Source: a virus. Taken from it: DNA of 64,000 nucleotides. The DNA lies in IMG/VR virus record IMGVR_UViG_3300009160_000036, positions 1 to 64,000 of that record; one strand, written 5' to 3'. The translations under genes were made by a program, and so were the position numbers. Below, in pieces: positions 1 to 8,515 of this stretch. The notes below the pieces were generated by a model. The model was not told where the DNA came from, searched no databases, and was given only the letters and a program-made list of their open reading frames with translations. Every line of letters begins with the position of its first letter. Positions within the stretch are counted from its first letter, which is position 1.

Positions 1-38
1 ACAGGCGGTTGTCGGTTCAACTCCGTCCCGATGCTCCA
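1..38 (+). tRNA. 3' half of a tRNA (truncated by window edge; identity unknown)
   Basis: T-arm gtcggTTCAACTccgtc followed by acceptor strand ending ...gatgctCCA. Confidence 0.75.
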
Positions 39-43
39 TTTAA

Positions 44-116
44 GGGTGCGTAGTTCAAAGGTCAGAACACCCTGCTCATAACGGGAGAGACGCTGGTTCA
101 AATCCAGCCACACCCA
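44..116 (+). tRNA. tRNA-CAT (Met or Ile2)
   Basis: GGGTGCG/CACACCC acceptor (one mismatch), D-arm tagttcaaaggtcagaac, loop ctCATaa, T-arm gctggTTCAAATccagc; CCA not encoded. Confidence 0.9.
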
Positions 117-120
117 ATTC

Positions 121-195
121 GACCTGATAGTTCAATGGACAGAACCGGCGGCTTCTATCCGCCTAATACAGGTTCGAGTCCTGTTCGGGTCACCA
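121..195 (+). tRNA. tRNA-Arg(TCT)
   Basis: GACCTGA/TCGGGTC acceptor, ggcgg-ctTCTat-ccgcc anticodon arm, GGTTCGAGTCC T-arm, CCA end. Confidence 0.95.
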
Positions 196-200
196 ATTAC

Positions 201-258
201 GCGGAAGGTTGTGCGGCGTTCCCAAAATGCCTGCCAGAGCGCAAGCTCTCTTTCCGCA
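201..258 (+). ncRNA. small structured tRNA-like element within the tRNA array
   Basis: GCGGAAGG/CTTTCCGC closing stem, GGCGT-7nt loop-ATGCC arm, AGAGC-GCAA-GCTCT hairpin. Confidence 0.45.
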
Positions 259-264
259 CTCTTT

Positions 265-338
265 AGAACCGTGGTGTAATGGTAGCACAGGAGTTTTTGG
301 TTCTCCTTGTCGGGGTTCGAGTCCCTGCGGTTCTGCCA
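265..338 (+). tRNA. tRNA-Gln(TTG)
   Basis: AGAACCG/CGGTTCT acceptor, loop ttTTGgt, GGTTCGAGTCC T-arm, G discriminator plus CCA. Confidence 0.93.
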
Positions 339-339
339 C

Positions 340-906
340 TTAAAAGTTAATTTCAATCTTCTTTTTCAGCCGGGTTATGCTGGGGTCACCTACTGAAAAG
401 ATAAGCAGCTGGTGTCCTCCCGTTCTGCCTTTTGCAATAAGCTCATGTGGTTCTTTGGGAACATTTTTTAATTTTTCCAACTTTATTCCGGGCCAAGACT
501 TTTCTTGCGAGGTATGGCCAGAGAAGTGCTCCATCCTGTGACAGTTTGCACATAAAAGCATACACTTATCAAGTTCGCTCAACAGTCGTTCCTTGTTCCA
601 AGCCCGCCACTTGCCCCAATCGGCATCTTTCATAGCAGGGTCTTTATGGTGAAAGTCAAAGATAGCGGCATTGCTTCCTGCATGCTGGATTCCGCATTTC
701 TCGCATTTTCCACCTTTATATTTAATGGCATCCTTCTTTTTTGTAGCAAGCCTATTGTGTTGATAAGCCGAATAGCAGCTCCGACATCGGTGCATAATCC
801 GAATGGCTCTGCGAATTGTGCCACATTTTTTCTGGAATGCCTCCATCGGTTTGTGCAGGCCGCATACTGAACATTCCTTAAGGTCTTGTGATTCTTTTTC
901 TGACAT
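340..906 (-). CDS. HNH endonuclease
   Basis: CxxC pairs and FDFHHKDP...LLCANCHRMEH; start taken at MSEKESQ. Confidence 0.8.
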   Translation of the reverse strand: MSEKESQDLKECSVCGLHKPMEAFQKKCGTIRRAIRIMHRCRSCYSAYQHNRLATKKKDAIKYKGGKCEKCGIQHAGSNAAIFDFHHKDPAMKDADWGKWRAWNKERLLSELDKCMLLCANCHRMEHFSGHTSQEKSWPGIKLEKLKNVPKEPHELIAKGRTGGHQLLIFSVGDPSITRLKKKIEINF

Positions 907-911
907 AAGTG

Positions 912-940
912 TTGACGGGTGAACAGATGGATACCACACC
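912..940 (+). promoter_or_regulatory. sigma70-like promoter TTGACG-N17-CACACC
   Basis: -35 and 17-nt spacer, 9 nt before ATG 950. Confidence 0.5.
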
Positions 941-949
941 TAACAGCCA

Positions 950-1180
950 ATGGAACTTACACCAAGACAAAAGTTATGTCTGGCGCACATACGCAGGCTG
1001 ACCAACATCAAGGGCTACTCGCCCTCCATACGCGAGCTCTGCCGCGAGATGGGTAACATCGGCACCAATGCGGTCTTTGGACACCTGATGGCACTTGAAG
1101 AGAAGGGCTTCATTAAGCGTCCACCCGGAACCGCCCGCGCTATCATCCTCTGTGATAGGAAGGCTCTTGCACGTGCGTGA
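950..1180 (+). CDS. LexA-type winged-HTH DNA-binding domain only
   Basis: LTPRQ...GYSPSIRELC...AVFGHLMALEEKGFIKR...ARAI matches the LexA N-domain; no peptidase domain. Confidence 0.85.
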   Translation: MELTPRQKLCLAHIRRLTNIKGYSPSIRELCREMGNIGTNAVFGHLMALEEKGFIKRPPGTARAIILCDRKALARA

Positions 1181-1533
1181 GAAAAAAGTGGGCAAAGGAG
1201 TTCCGCTGGAGAAGCCGGCAAAGGTTGCCCGACGGCAGCCAAGTGGTATCCTTGAGGGAAGCCGAGGAGATGCTATCCAGAGCAGTAGCGGTGGGGGATT
1301 GCCTATCACTCGAAATGATGCGGCAAATGCTAATGGGGTTGAGCGACCCGCAGTTCTGCCGAGTCCAGAACGCGTGGAACCAGTTCCTGCAATCCCACAA
1401 GAGCCCAAGCGACTTGGGCCTCGACCCGGATTCATCACCGAGCGGACTTACGTCCACACCTCAAGCCCTTGGTGCGTCTTCAGACACCGCACAAGCCGAG
1501 CTGGAACACAGAAAACAAAGCACGCCCACATAA
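1177..1533 (+). CDS. hypothetical protein
   Basis: GTG start overlapping upstream TGA. Confidence 0.5.
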   Translation: MRKKWAKEFRWRSRQRLPDGSQVVSLREAEEMLSRAVAVGDCLSLEMMRQMLMGLSDPQFCRVQNAWNQFLQSHKSPSDLGLDPDSSPSGLTSTPQALGASSDTAQAELEHRKQSTPT

Positions 1534-1547
1534 CCCTACCATACTCA

Positions 1548-1739
1548 ATGGCGGCTAAGATTGTGGAGGAGCGCAAGAAGCTGGAAGTTTGGATAGACCG
1601 ATGCGTCAACTCCATTGAGGACTACCAAGCCCTGATGTCCAACCCGCAATGGATGACCGAAGACAGAGAGAAGCAGATTGAAAGAATCATGTCGACTTTG
1701 CAGAACCGCCTAACCAATCTAAAGAGACTGAACAAATGA
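1548..1739 (+). CDS. hypothetical protein
   Basis: ATG after A/C-rich leader; ATGA coupling to next gene. Confidence 0.6.
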   Translation: MAAKIVEERKKLEVWIDRCVNSIEDYQALMSNPQWMTEDREKQIERIMSTLQNRLTNLKRLNK

Positions 1740-2821
1740 GCAGATTTAAAAAGCCCCTTGGCATCAGCGTCTTGGATGCTGGTTACGAGCGCATCCATCA
1801 CATCTACGACACCCACGACACTCCGGTAGTGCTATTCTCTGGGGGTAAGGACTCGCAGGTCCTCCTACACATGACTTGGGAGGTGGCCCAACAGCGAGGC
1901 TTGGATTTCGTGAATTGTGTATTCCGACACGACGAGTTCACACTCGCACCGACGGTGGACATCGTTCGCCACTATGCAGCTTTCCCTTGGGTGCGTATGC
2001 ACCACCTGTGCATCCCAGAGCCGGGTTTGCGGTATGTCTTTGATAAGCCCATCCATTACCAGCAGTGGGACAAGAACAGAGAGAACCTAAGACCGATGCC
2101 GGACTATGCCATTCGCCCAGAGGCGAAGGATTGGGAACGCGATTGGTGGGACCACGAGGTCGAGGAATACCAATGCCAATACTTTGTCGGAAAGGTCGCG
2201 CAGCTTAATGGCATCCGCGCCAGCGAGAGTAGGTTCCGTTGGCGTGGCTCTGTGAATAAGCTTGTGGAGAACTACATCAACAAGTCGCTGGGCTGGAAGC
2301 CCGCCACTCTGTGTAAGCCCCTGTATGATTGGGAGGAGAAGGACATCCTGAAATACCTTTACGACGCCAAGATTCCCTACTGCAAGGTCTATGACTTCCA
2401 GCTTTTTGCCAAGATGGAGCTGCGGACGTCCAGCTTCCTTCATCCAGAGAAGATGCGGCACCTTAAGAAACTCCGGCAGATTGACCCTAACTTCTATGAG
2501 CAGTTGCTCAAGATTTTCCCCGACCAAGTTGTGCATGACCGCTATGGCGATGACCGCAACGACACGGCAATCATCGAAAAGTATGGCAAGTCTATCGAGA
2601 GCATCGAGCAATACATCAAGGACCACTATCAGGAGGGGAAGCCTAGAACCCTTGCGCTCAACCGCCTCTACCAGATTTACAAGTTGCAGAACAGCGAGCG
2701 GAACAAGGAGATGAACAACTACCCGCTGGACTATGTCCTCAAGTATTTCATCCGGGGACAGATTTGGAAGCTCCTGCTTCCCTTCCGCAAGGGGCAGAAG
2801 GCTTGGGCCAAGCTAGTGTAG
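1736..2821 (+). CDS. PAPS-reductase-family protein (IbrA/YbdN-like)
   Basis: PP-loop VVLFSGGKDS, GIRASESRFR, KPLYDW. Confidence 0.85.
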   Translation: MSRFKKPLGISVLDAGYERIHHIYDTHDTPVVLFSGGKDSQVLLHMTWEVAQQRGLDFVNCVFRHDEFTLAPTVDIVRHYAAFPWVRMHHLCIPEPGLRYVFDKPIHYQQWDKNRENLRPMPDYAIRPEAKDWERDWWDHEVEEYQCQYFVGKVAQLNGIRASESRFRWRGSVNKLVENYINKSLGWKPATLCKPLYDWEEKDILKYLYDAKIPYCKVYDFQLFAKMELRTSSFLHPEKMRHLKKLRQIDPNFYEQLLKIFPDQVVHDRYGDDRNDTAIIEKYGKSIESIEQYIKDHYQEGKPRTLALNRLYQIYKLQNSERNKEMNNYPLDYVLKYFIRGQIWKLLLPFRKGQKAWAKLV

Positions 2822-2845
2822 GGGTGGACACCGGACCAAGGCATC

Positions 2846-3478
2846 ATGGCACGAGGTTATTCAACAGCACGCTCCGAGAGCGCCCTCCGCAGTCTGGGCG
2901 GTGGCTCTGACGAAATCGCATCTTATCGGCAAGCCCGGAGACTCGACAAGGAATACCTTGGTGCTACCAAGGAGCTCCGCTCGCTGATTAAGGACAAACG
3001 CGTCTACATCGGCGATGAGCTCACAGCCTTCATTGACTCGAAGAACCTAGAACTGAGCAAGGTGAACGCACAAGACGGAAACTTCTACAAGGAGGTTGCC
3101 CGCATTACGAAGGAAATCGAAGCCAAGGTAGCCAAGACCCGCGCCGAGTTCGGCGTGCTGGGTGACCTGCCGGTGTCCTATCCGAGACAGGATGCACAAA
3201 CCCTGCGTCGTTATTATGACGACACGATGGTTCAGATGGCATACGTGAAGGGTCCGGAAGACACCAAGGCATCTGCCGGCAAGCAGGTCTTCATCATCGG
3301 CGACCAGCTCCGCAAGGGCGACACTTTTAGCTTCAAGGACAAGGACGGCAACAAGGTCAAGGTGGACATGGTGGGCGCGGGCAAGCCGCTGAAGGACATG
3401 CCTAACCTTGAAGCGGGCATCGACTTGGGAACACCCGTCTACATCCTGCCGGAAGAATACTTCAAGCGAGGCGAATAA
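2846..3478 (+). CDS. MARGY-leader protein 1
   Basis: starts MARGYSTARSE; TGGACA-N6-CA motif upstream at 2825. Confidence 0.85.
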   Translation: MARGYSTARSESALRSLGGGSDEIASYRQARRLDKEYLGATKELRSLIKDKRVYIGDELTAFIDSKNLELSKVNAQDGNFYKEVARITKEIEAKVAKTRAEFGVLGDLPVSYPRQDAQTLRRYYDDTMVQMAYVKGPEDTKASAGKQVFIIGDQLRKGDTFSFKDKDGNKVKVDMVGAGKPLKDMPNLEAGIDLGTPVYILPEEYFKRGE

Positions 3479-4035
3479 TGGCGCGAGGTTACTCACAGTC
3501 GCGTAGCGAGCTTACGGCTCAAGACCTCGCCGACAGGGAAGCGGCAGCTGAACGCGGCACCGGTCGCATCAGCGATAGAAACAAGATGCGTGCGGACATG
3601 AACAAGCGCTTCTACGAGAATGCGGAAATTATCAGGTCGGCATACGAAATCGCATCCGAGGTGCATGCCACCCAAACTCGCCGGGATGGAGCTCCTTACA
3701 TGCAGCACGTCCTAGAAGTGGCAGACGGCACCAGAGGCCCCAAGGCTCGGATGGTAGCCCTCTTGCATGACACAATGGAGGATGGCGGCATCACCAGAGA
3801 GCAGATGGTCGCCAAGGGCATCCCGGCAGATGTGATAACGGCGGTGGAAGCCTTGACGCGTCCCCCGAAGTCGGAGCAGAAGATGACTTACCAAGAATAC
3901 ATCGAGAGAGTGGTGAAGCCTAATGAGCTTGCCCGCCAAGTGAAGATTGCGGACTTGAAGTCCAACCTGAAGAACAACGACAATCCGGGTCAGGTGAAGC
4001 GGTATGAGCGAGCTCTGAAAGCGTTGCTTCCATAA
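3478..4035 (+). CDS. MARGY-leader protein 2 with HD domain (RelA/SpoT hydrolase, Mesh1/SAH-like)
   Basis: H-x-x-Q-x-R-x-x-G-x-PY-x-x-H, ALLHDTMED, VKIADLKSN. Confidence 0.85.
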   Translation: MARGYSQSRSELTAQDLADREAAAERGTGRISDRNKMRADMNKRFYENAEIIRSAYEIASEVHATQTRRDGAPYMQHVLEVADGTRGPKARMVALLHDTMEDGGITREQMVAKGIPADVITAVEALTRPPKSEQKMTYQEYIERVVKPNELARQVKIADLKSNLKNNDNPGQVKRYERALKALLP

Positions 4036-4101
4036 TAGTGAACTGACGGTCACTATTCTCTTGCGTCATACGCCGCCCCCTTTAAGCATAGGGCTTCCCT
4101 T

Positions 4102-4776
4102 ATGAGCGCCCCACAGAAAAAAGAGCCGGTGGAGGACATCCAATGGATAGACGTGGATACCCTTTCGGCTAATCACTACAACCCCAACCGAGTTATGAAC
4201 GCGGAGATGAACTTAATCGAGAAGTCCATTCTTCGCACCGGATGGATTCAACCCATCCTCGTCAATAGGAACAACCGCATCATTGACGGCTTCCACCGCT
4301 GGACGCTTTCCAGACTGTCCTCGCAGCTCCGGGAGCGGTATCATGGCAAGGTGCCTTGCGCCATCCTCGATGTCTCCGACGCGGAGGCGATGATTATCAC
4401 AGTCCGCATCAACCGTGCAAAGGGCACACACCTAGCGTTCCGGATGAGCGATTACGTCAAGGAGCTGGTGGAGAAGCACAACATCACCCTCGAATACCTT
4501 GCGGGCGAAATCGGTGCGACGATGGATGAGGTCCTGTTGCTGATGCGCTCGGATATGTTCGAGCACAAGGATGTGAAGAATTGGGCATACTCGGAAGCTT
4601 GGTTTCCGGCAGAGTCAGGCAGAACCCGCCTACCAACGCTGTGGGACTTCCAAGAAGGTGGCGAGGTCATTAAGAACAAGGAGCGCCAGACGATGATGGG
4701 CGAGAAGTTTGGCTTTGGTGCGACTGCCGTCGACCCGGATGACGAAGAGGACGAAGACGAGGAAATCATGCGATGA
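4102..4776 (+). CDS. ParB/Srx-like protein (IbrB/YbdM-like)
   Basis: ANHYNPN, GWIQPILV, IIDGFHRW, TVRINRAKG. Confidence 0.85.
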   Translation: MSAPQKKEPVEDIQWIDVDTLSANHYNPNRVMNAEMNLIEKSILRTGWIQPILVNRNNRIIDGFHRWTLSRLSSQLRERYHGKVPCAILDVSDAEAMIITVRINRAKGTHLAFRMSDYVKELVEKHNITLEYLAGEIGATMDEVLLLMRSDMFEHKDVKNWAYSEAWFPAESGRTRLPTLWDFQEGGEVIKNKERQTMMGEKFGFGATAVDPDDEEDEDEEIMR

Positions 4777-5348
4777 AAAAGGAAAAGAACATCCTAGGAA
4801 TCTGTGGGTATGCGCAAGCCGGCAAAGATACTTTTGGAAATGCGGTCTGGGAGCTGACCATCCAGAATAACGTGGTGAAATACAAGTTTGCAGAGTCTCT
4901 CCGGGACTCGCTGAACTTCGCCTTTGGCAATCTTGGTTTGAAGAAAGACCTGTGGACAGAAGACCTTGCGGAAAAGACCAAGCTGCGCCCCCTGCTCGTC
5001 GAGTATGGTCGCTATGCTAGGTCAGCCGACCAAGATGTCTTTGCCCGCGTGGTGACCGATAAGATTGAGCACGATTTCCGTCTGGGCGTAACCCTCGCCA
5101 TCATCACCGACCTTCGCTACCTCAATGAGGATGAACTACTCCGCACCTTGGCAGCTTCTAGGGGCTGGGGCTACCAGCGAGTCTGGATTATCAGAGATGG
5201 GTCTGAACCTTCTAACGCAGAGGAACGAGAAAGCATCCACGTTCTCAATTCGGCCTCGCCGCTTGACCGGAGTTACGTCGCTCTGGAAGGCAGAACCGAT
5301 ACCTTGGAAATGCGAGCCAAGGAATACGTGAGGGATTACATCCTATGA
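4773..5348 (+). CDS. deoxynucleoside monophosphate kinase
   Basis: P-loop GYAQAGKDT, FAESLR, IITDLRYLNE. Confidence 0.8.
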   Translation: MKKEKNILGICGYAQAGKDTFGNAVWELTIQNNVVKYKFAESLRDSLNFAFGNLGLKKDLWTEDLAEKTKLRPLLVEYGRYARSADQDVFARVVTDKIEHDFRLGVTLAIITDLRYLNEDELLRTLAASRGWGYQRVWIIRDGSEPSNAEERESIHVLNSASPLDRSYVALEGRTDTLEMRAKEYVRDYIL

Positions 5349-5566
5349 GGCGGATACCAAAAAACGAGCATCACCTCTGGCAGAACAATGGCATCTGGTG
5401 GATTCACTTTGTGCCGGCGGGAGAATTGAAAGAAGCACGCGTTCGGCGCTCGCTCAAAACCAATGACCTCACCCTCGCTCGTTATGAGCGGGATGAGATA
5501 CTTGGGAGTATCCTTCTCACCACAAGGGGCGAGAACAAGAAGCTTACCACCAGCAGGAATAAATAA
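5345..5566 (+). CDS. small Arm-DNA-binding-like protein
   Basis: HHLWQNNGIWW...RVRRSLKTNDL..AR..RD pattern. Confidence 0.55.
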   Translation: MRRIPKNEHHLWQNNGIWWIHFVPAGELKEARVRRSLKTNDLTLARYERDEILGSILLTTRGENKKLTTSRNK

Positions 5567-5969
5567 CCTGCTGACCGGCATCCATCGCTCGCTTCGCCTT
5601 CTCGATGAAGTCGAGGTCAAGCTGCTTGTCTTCGGGGAAGCTCTTGCCCCAGAAAAACCCGCCACCGATGGGCATCTCGTCAGAGAGCACCGTGGCTTCT
5701 AGGTCAGCGATGTCATCCGCATCGAGCAGGAGGTCTACGCAGTTGAACTCAATGGCATCCTTCACGACGCCCTTGCGGACGGCGAGTTGGGTCATCCACT
5801 CATTGAGGTTGGCGTGTTTGCGCCAAGTCTGGATGGTGTCCACTTCATCTTCGCCGCGGTTTTCCTCCCAGAACGCTTTGCGGTCCTGATTGGTCGGCAG
5901 TTGGAGCATCTGCTCCCGGAGTTTCTGTCCCCGTTTGGAAACGGTGGAGGCGTATTGGTCGAGTCCCAT
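5544..5969 (-). CDS. conserved phage hypothetical protein
   Basis: MGLDQY...WRKHANL...GFFWG...YSCWW, a recurrent phage family pattern. Confidence 0.75.
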   Translation of the reverse strand: MGLDQYASTVSKRGQKLREQMLQLPTNQDRKAFWEENRGEDEVDTIQTWRKHANLNEWMTQLAVRKGVVKDAIEFNCVDLLLDADDIADLEATVLSDEMPIGGGFFWGKSFPEDKQLDLDFIEKAKRAMDAGQQVIYSCWW

Positions 5970-6005
5970 AGTAGTCGTTGTTGGTATTAGGTTTGGGTGT
6001 GGAGA

Positions 6006-6278
6006 TTAGAGAGTTTCGAGGGTCAGGCCTTCTTCCTTCATCCGACGTTCCTCACGGGCGAGGTAGCGGCGCATGTCAGCCATCTCTCCGACTGCCTTGG
6101 CGAGTTGTTCAAGCTCGTCGGGGGACGAGTCACGATACATCTGGACGAGCGTGCCGTCGGTGTAGCGTCCCTTGAGGACCATATCGGGGATGAGTTTGTC
6201 GGCCTTGGCGAGGGCGTCCCGGTAGTATCCGAGATGTTCCGCGTATCGGTCGAGGGTGGCTTGTTGGTCTTCGGTCAT
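6006..6278 (-). CDS. hypothetical protein
   Basis: ORF with the same AATACCAACAACGACT leader as the 5969 gene. Confidence 0.65.
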   Translation of the reverse strand: MTEDQQATLDRYAEHLGYYRDALAKADKLIPDMVLKGRYTDGTLVQMYRDSSPDELEQLAKAVGEMADMRRYLAREERRMKEEGLTLETL

Positions 6279-6347
6279 AGTCGTTGTTGGTATTTACAGA
6301 GGTTGAGTGATACCCAATCGGTTGTCGAGACTTATTTTAAACTATTT

Positions 6348-6656
6348 TCAAAGAGCCTGCCGAGCCTCATCATCAGCCCTACGATTGATAGCCCGGATGG
6401 TGTGCTGAACAACGGGAAGCCCGCGCACCGCATTGTAAAGCTCATCTTCCAAGGAAGGAGCACCATCTGCTTCATAACCCCTCCCGCTGCACCAAACCGA
6501 CAAACCATTACCTTCCAGCAAAAGCCGGATGGTGATGGACTCCTCCTTGCCCTTGAGACGGGACTCAAGGTTGAAATCGTAAGACTGCTGCTCGCAGTCT
6601 GCCAAGTAGATGGAGAACTCCGATGAGACTGTAGCGATAAGCGAGGTGTTAGGCAT
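6348..6656 (-). CDS. hypothetical protein
   Basis: tightly packed leftward small-gene cluster; start MPNTSL. Confidence 0.55.
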   Translation of the reverse strand: MPNTSLIATVSSEFSIYLADCEQQSYDFNLESRLKGKEESITIRLLLEGNGLSVWCSGRGYEADGAPSLEDELYNAVRGLPVVQHTIRAINRRADDEARQAL

Positions 6657-6658
6657 AG

Positions 6659-6874
6659 TTAGATTTGCTTGAGAGCGAGTTTGACCTGCTGGCGCACCTC
6701 TGCCTCCCATCCTGCTGGAACTTCGTCCAGAGGGATGCGGGAGAGCTGACGTTCAAGGTCTTCAAGGAAGGTCTGGTCCTTCCCGTGTGCTAGGCACATT
6801 AGCCAAGAGCCGGTGTCGTCGAACAACTCAAGCGTGTGCGAGCCGTTGTCTTCGGGGCAAAGGATGGCTTTCAC
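6659..6874 (-). CDS. hypothetical protein
   Basis: leftward cluster, overlapping start/stop. Confidence 0.55.
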   Translation of the reverse strand: MKAILCPEDNGSHTLELFDDTGSWLMCLAHGKDQTFLEDLERQLSRIPLDEVPAGWEAEVRQQVKLALKQI

Positions 6875-7050
6875 TTGATGGAGGCGGTAGCACCCTCATG
6901 GGCGACTGCGAGCTCCTGCGAGGCAAGGAGAGCAAAGTTGCTTGCAGCAACAAGGTGGTCAATCCTTGTCCAGCCGGTTGCGGCGTTAGCCATGATGGTA
7001 GCCTCCGTCGCTTTGGCGAGGAAGAGGGTAGCTTTTTCGGTGTGCGTCAT
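6871..7050 (-). CDS. hypothetical protein
   Basis: start MTHTEK; translational coupling. Confidence 0.5.
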   Translation of the reverse strand: MTHTEKATLFLAKATEATIMANAATGWTRIDHLVAASNFALLASQELAVAHEGATASIK

Positions 7051-7054
7051 AGGA

Positions 7055-7237
7055 TTAGAGGGACTTGATGTATGCGGTGAGGAAGGTGTCGGAGATGGGA
7101 GCAACCTTCGGCATCTGCACGATGGTCTTCGGGAGAGACTTGTTCTCCTTGACCTTCGCGTTGTGGGCGTAGCGCTTGTTGAGCTCACGGTTAAGGGTGA
7201 GGCACTTTTTGAGGTCGGCGTTATTTAGTTTTGGCAT
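7055..7237 (-). CDS. small basic protein
   Basis: start MPKLNN, downstream of minus-strand TTGACA-N17-CATACC. Confidence 0.55.
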   Translation of the reverse strand: MPKLNNADLKKCLTLNRELNKRYAHNAKVKENKSLPKTIVQMPKVAPISDTFLTAYIKSL

Positions 7238-7271
7238 GGGATTGGTAGGTATGGGCAAGCGGATGGGTTTG

Positions 7272-7577
7272 TCAAGCGTGCTTCTGCATCTTCTTGGACG
7301 TGCCGTCCTTGAAGTGAACAACGACAGGGCTGGAGCTCCAATGGGAGTCCACGGCTTCCTCGGCAGAGCCAAAGCCGGTGTCGGAGTCGAACGCCTCGGA
7401 GAAGCGTGGGCCACAGCAATCGCAGAAGGAGCGAGAGAACACGCCAGCCTTCTTTGCACGCTTGTTGGCTTCCTTGGGAGAGGATGCTTCAAAGACGCAG
7501 CCACCTTCGTCGACGACTTCATCGACATGGAAGAAGCCACCGCTGTTGTTTTGGGAGAAATGGAAGAACTTGGTCAT
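7272..7577 (-). CDS. conserved phage protein (FSQNNSGG...CDCCGPRF family)
   Basis: recurrent phage motif; minus-strand TCGACA-N17-CACACT upstream. Confidence 0.7.
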   Translation of the reverse strand: MTKFFHFSQNNSGGFFHVDEVVDEGGCVFEASSPKEANKRAKKAGVFSRSFCDCCGPRFSEAFDSDTGFGSAEEAVDSHWSSSPVVVHFKDGTSKKMQKHA

Positions 7578-7673
7578 AGGAGGAAGTGTGAACGAGCGGT
7601 TGGGTTTTGTCGAGTTTTATTTTCTGCTATTTTGTGCTTGCCAGAAACCAATCGGTTGAGCATAACACTCCTT

Positions 7674-7991
7674 ATGAATACGCACACTATCAATATGCTC
7701 GCCTTCAATGAGGGCATGTCCTTCGGGGGCGACGGCACTCGCTCCGGTGACTTCTTCCACAATGAGGTCAAGCCCCTGCTCGATGCTAATCCTACGATGG
7801 AGCTGGTCATTGACATGACCGGCATCGACTCGATGACCGACTCCTTCTGCCACGCCTTCTTCGTCCCTGTATGGTTCGAGAAGTTCAAGGGACGTCCGGT
7901 GCGCTTCAAGGGCTGCACCCCCCTTGTTCAGGACTTCATCCTGTTCAGCCGAACCCTTGCCGAGGGCGACATGAAAAATAGTCAAAAATAA
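7674..7991 (+). CDS. STAS-like (DUF4325-like) protein
   Basis: LVIDMTGIDSMTDSFCHAFF; promoter TTGCCA-N17-CATAAC at 7638-7666. Confidence 0.65.
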   Translation: MNTHTINMLAFNEGMSFGGDGTRSGDFFHNEVKPLLDANPTMELVIDMTGIDSMTDSFCHAFFVPVWFEKFKGRPVRFKGCTPLVQDFILFSRTLAEGDMKNSQK

Positions 7992-8046
7992 GTTTGACAC
8001 GCAACCCCTTGTCTATCTAACTACCTCTACCAACCCAACGACACAT

Positions 8047-8514
8047 ATGCAAATCACGCTCAAAAACTTCAAGCACGCCGCCTTCGCCTCCGAGGAGACT
8101 TACTGCTTCCAAGCCACCGTCTATGTAGACGGCATCAAGGTCGGCGTCGCCGGAAACGACGGACACGGCGGTTGCACTTACATCCACTTCGACGAAGCCC
8201 ACCGTGGCAAGTTCACGCAGGAGCAGGAGTCCGCTATGGAAGATGCGGTGGATACCGAGTGTCATAAACTTGTCTGCGAAAAGCAGGACAAGGGCATCAT
8301 CACCTCTGTGAAGAAGAAACTCGCCAAGGACCTCATCTTCACCCGCAAGAGCAAGGCTGGCTCGTATGCCTTCTACAAGGACTGCATCGGTCAGCCCAAG
8401 GAAGCCGCCATCCGTGCCAAGTTGAAGTCCGACCCCGATGTCGAACTCATCCTCAACGACGTCCACATCGCCGTCGCTGCCAAGACCCTGTATGCCCACT
8501 ACAAGACCGCTTAA
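8047..8514 (+). CDS. conserved phage hypothetical protein
   Basis: LKNFKH...SEETYCFQATVYVDG...NDGHGG; strong codon bias. Confidence 0.75.
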   Translation: MQITLKNFKHAAFASEETYCFQATVYVDGIKVGVAGNDGHGGCTYIHFDEAHRGKFTQEQESAMEDAVDTECHKLVCEKQDKGIITSVKKKLAKDLIFTRKSKAGSYAFYKDCIGQPKEAAIRAKLKSDPDVELILNDVHIAVAAKTLYAHYKTA

Positions 8515-8515
8515 C

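Noticed and set aside
1095-1547. 5' extension of track ORF 1095-1739 (similar extensions at 7176, 19867, 21705, 31503, 40111, 58449)
   Set aside because: They overlap better-supported upstream genes; internal ATGs with typical leaders were used instead
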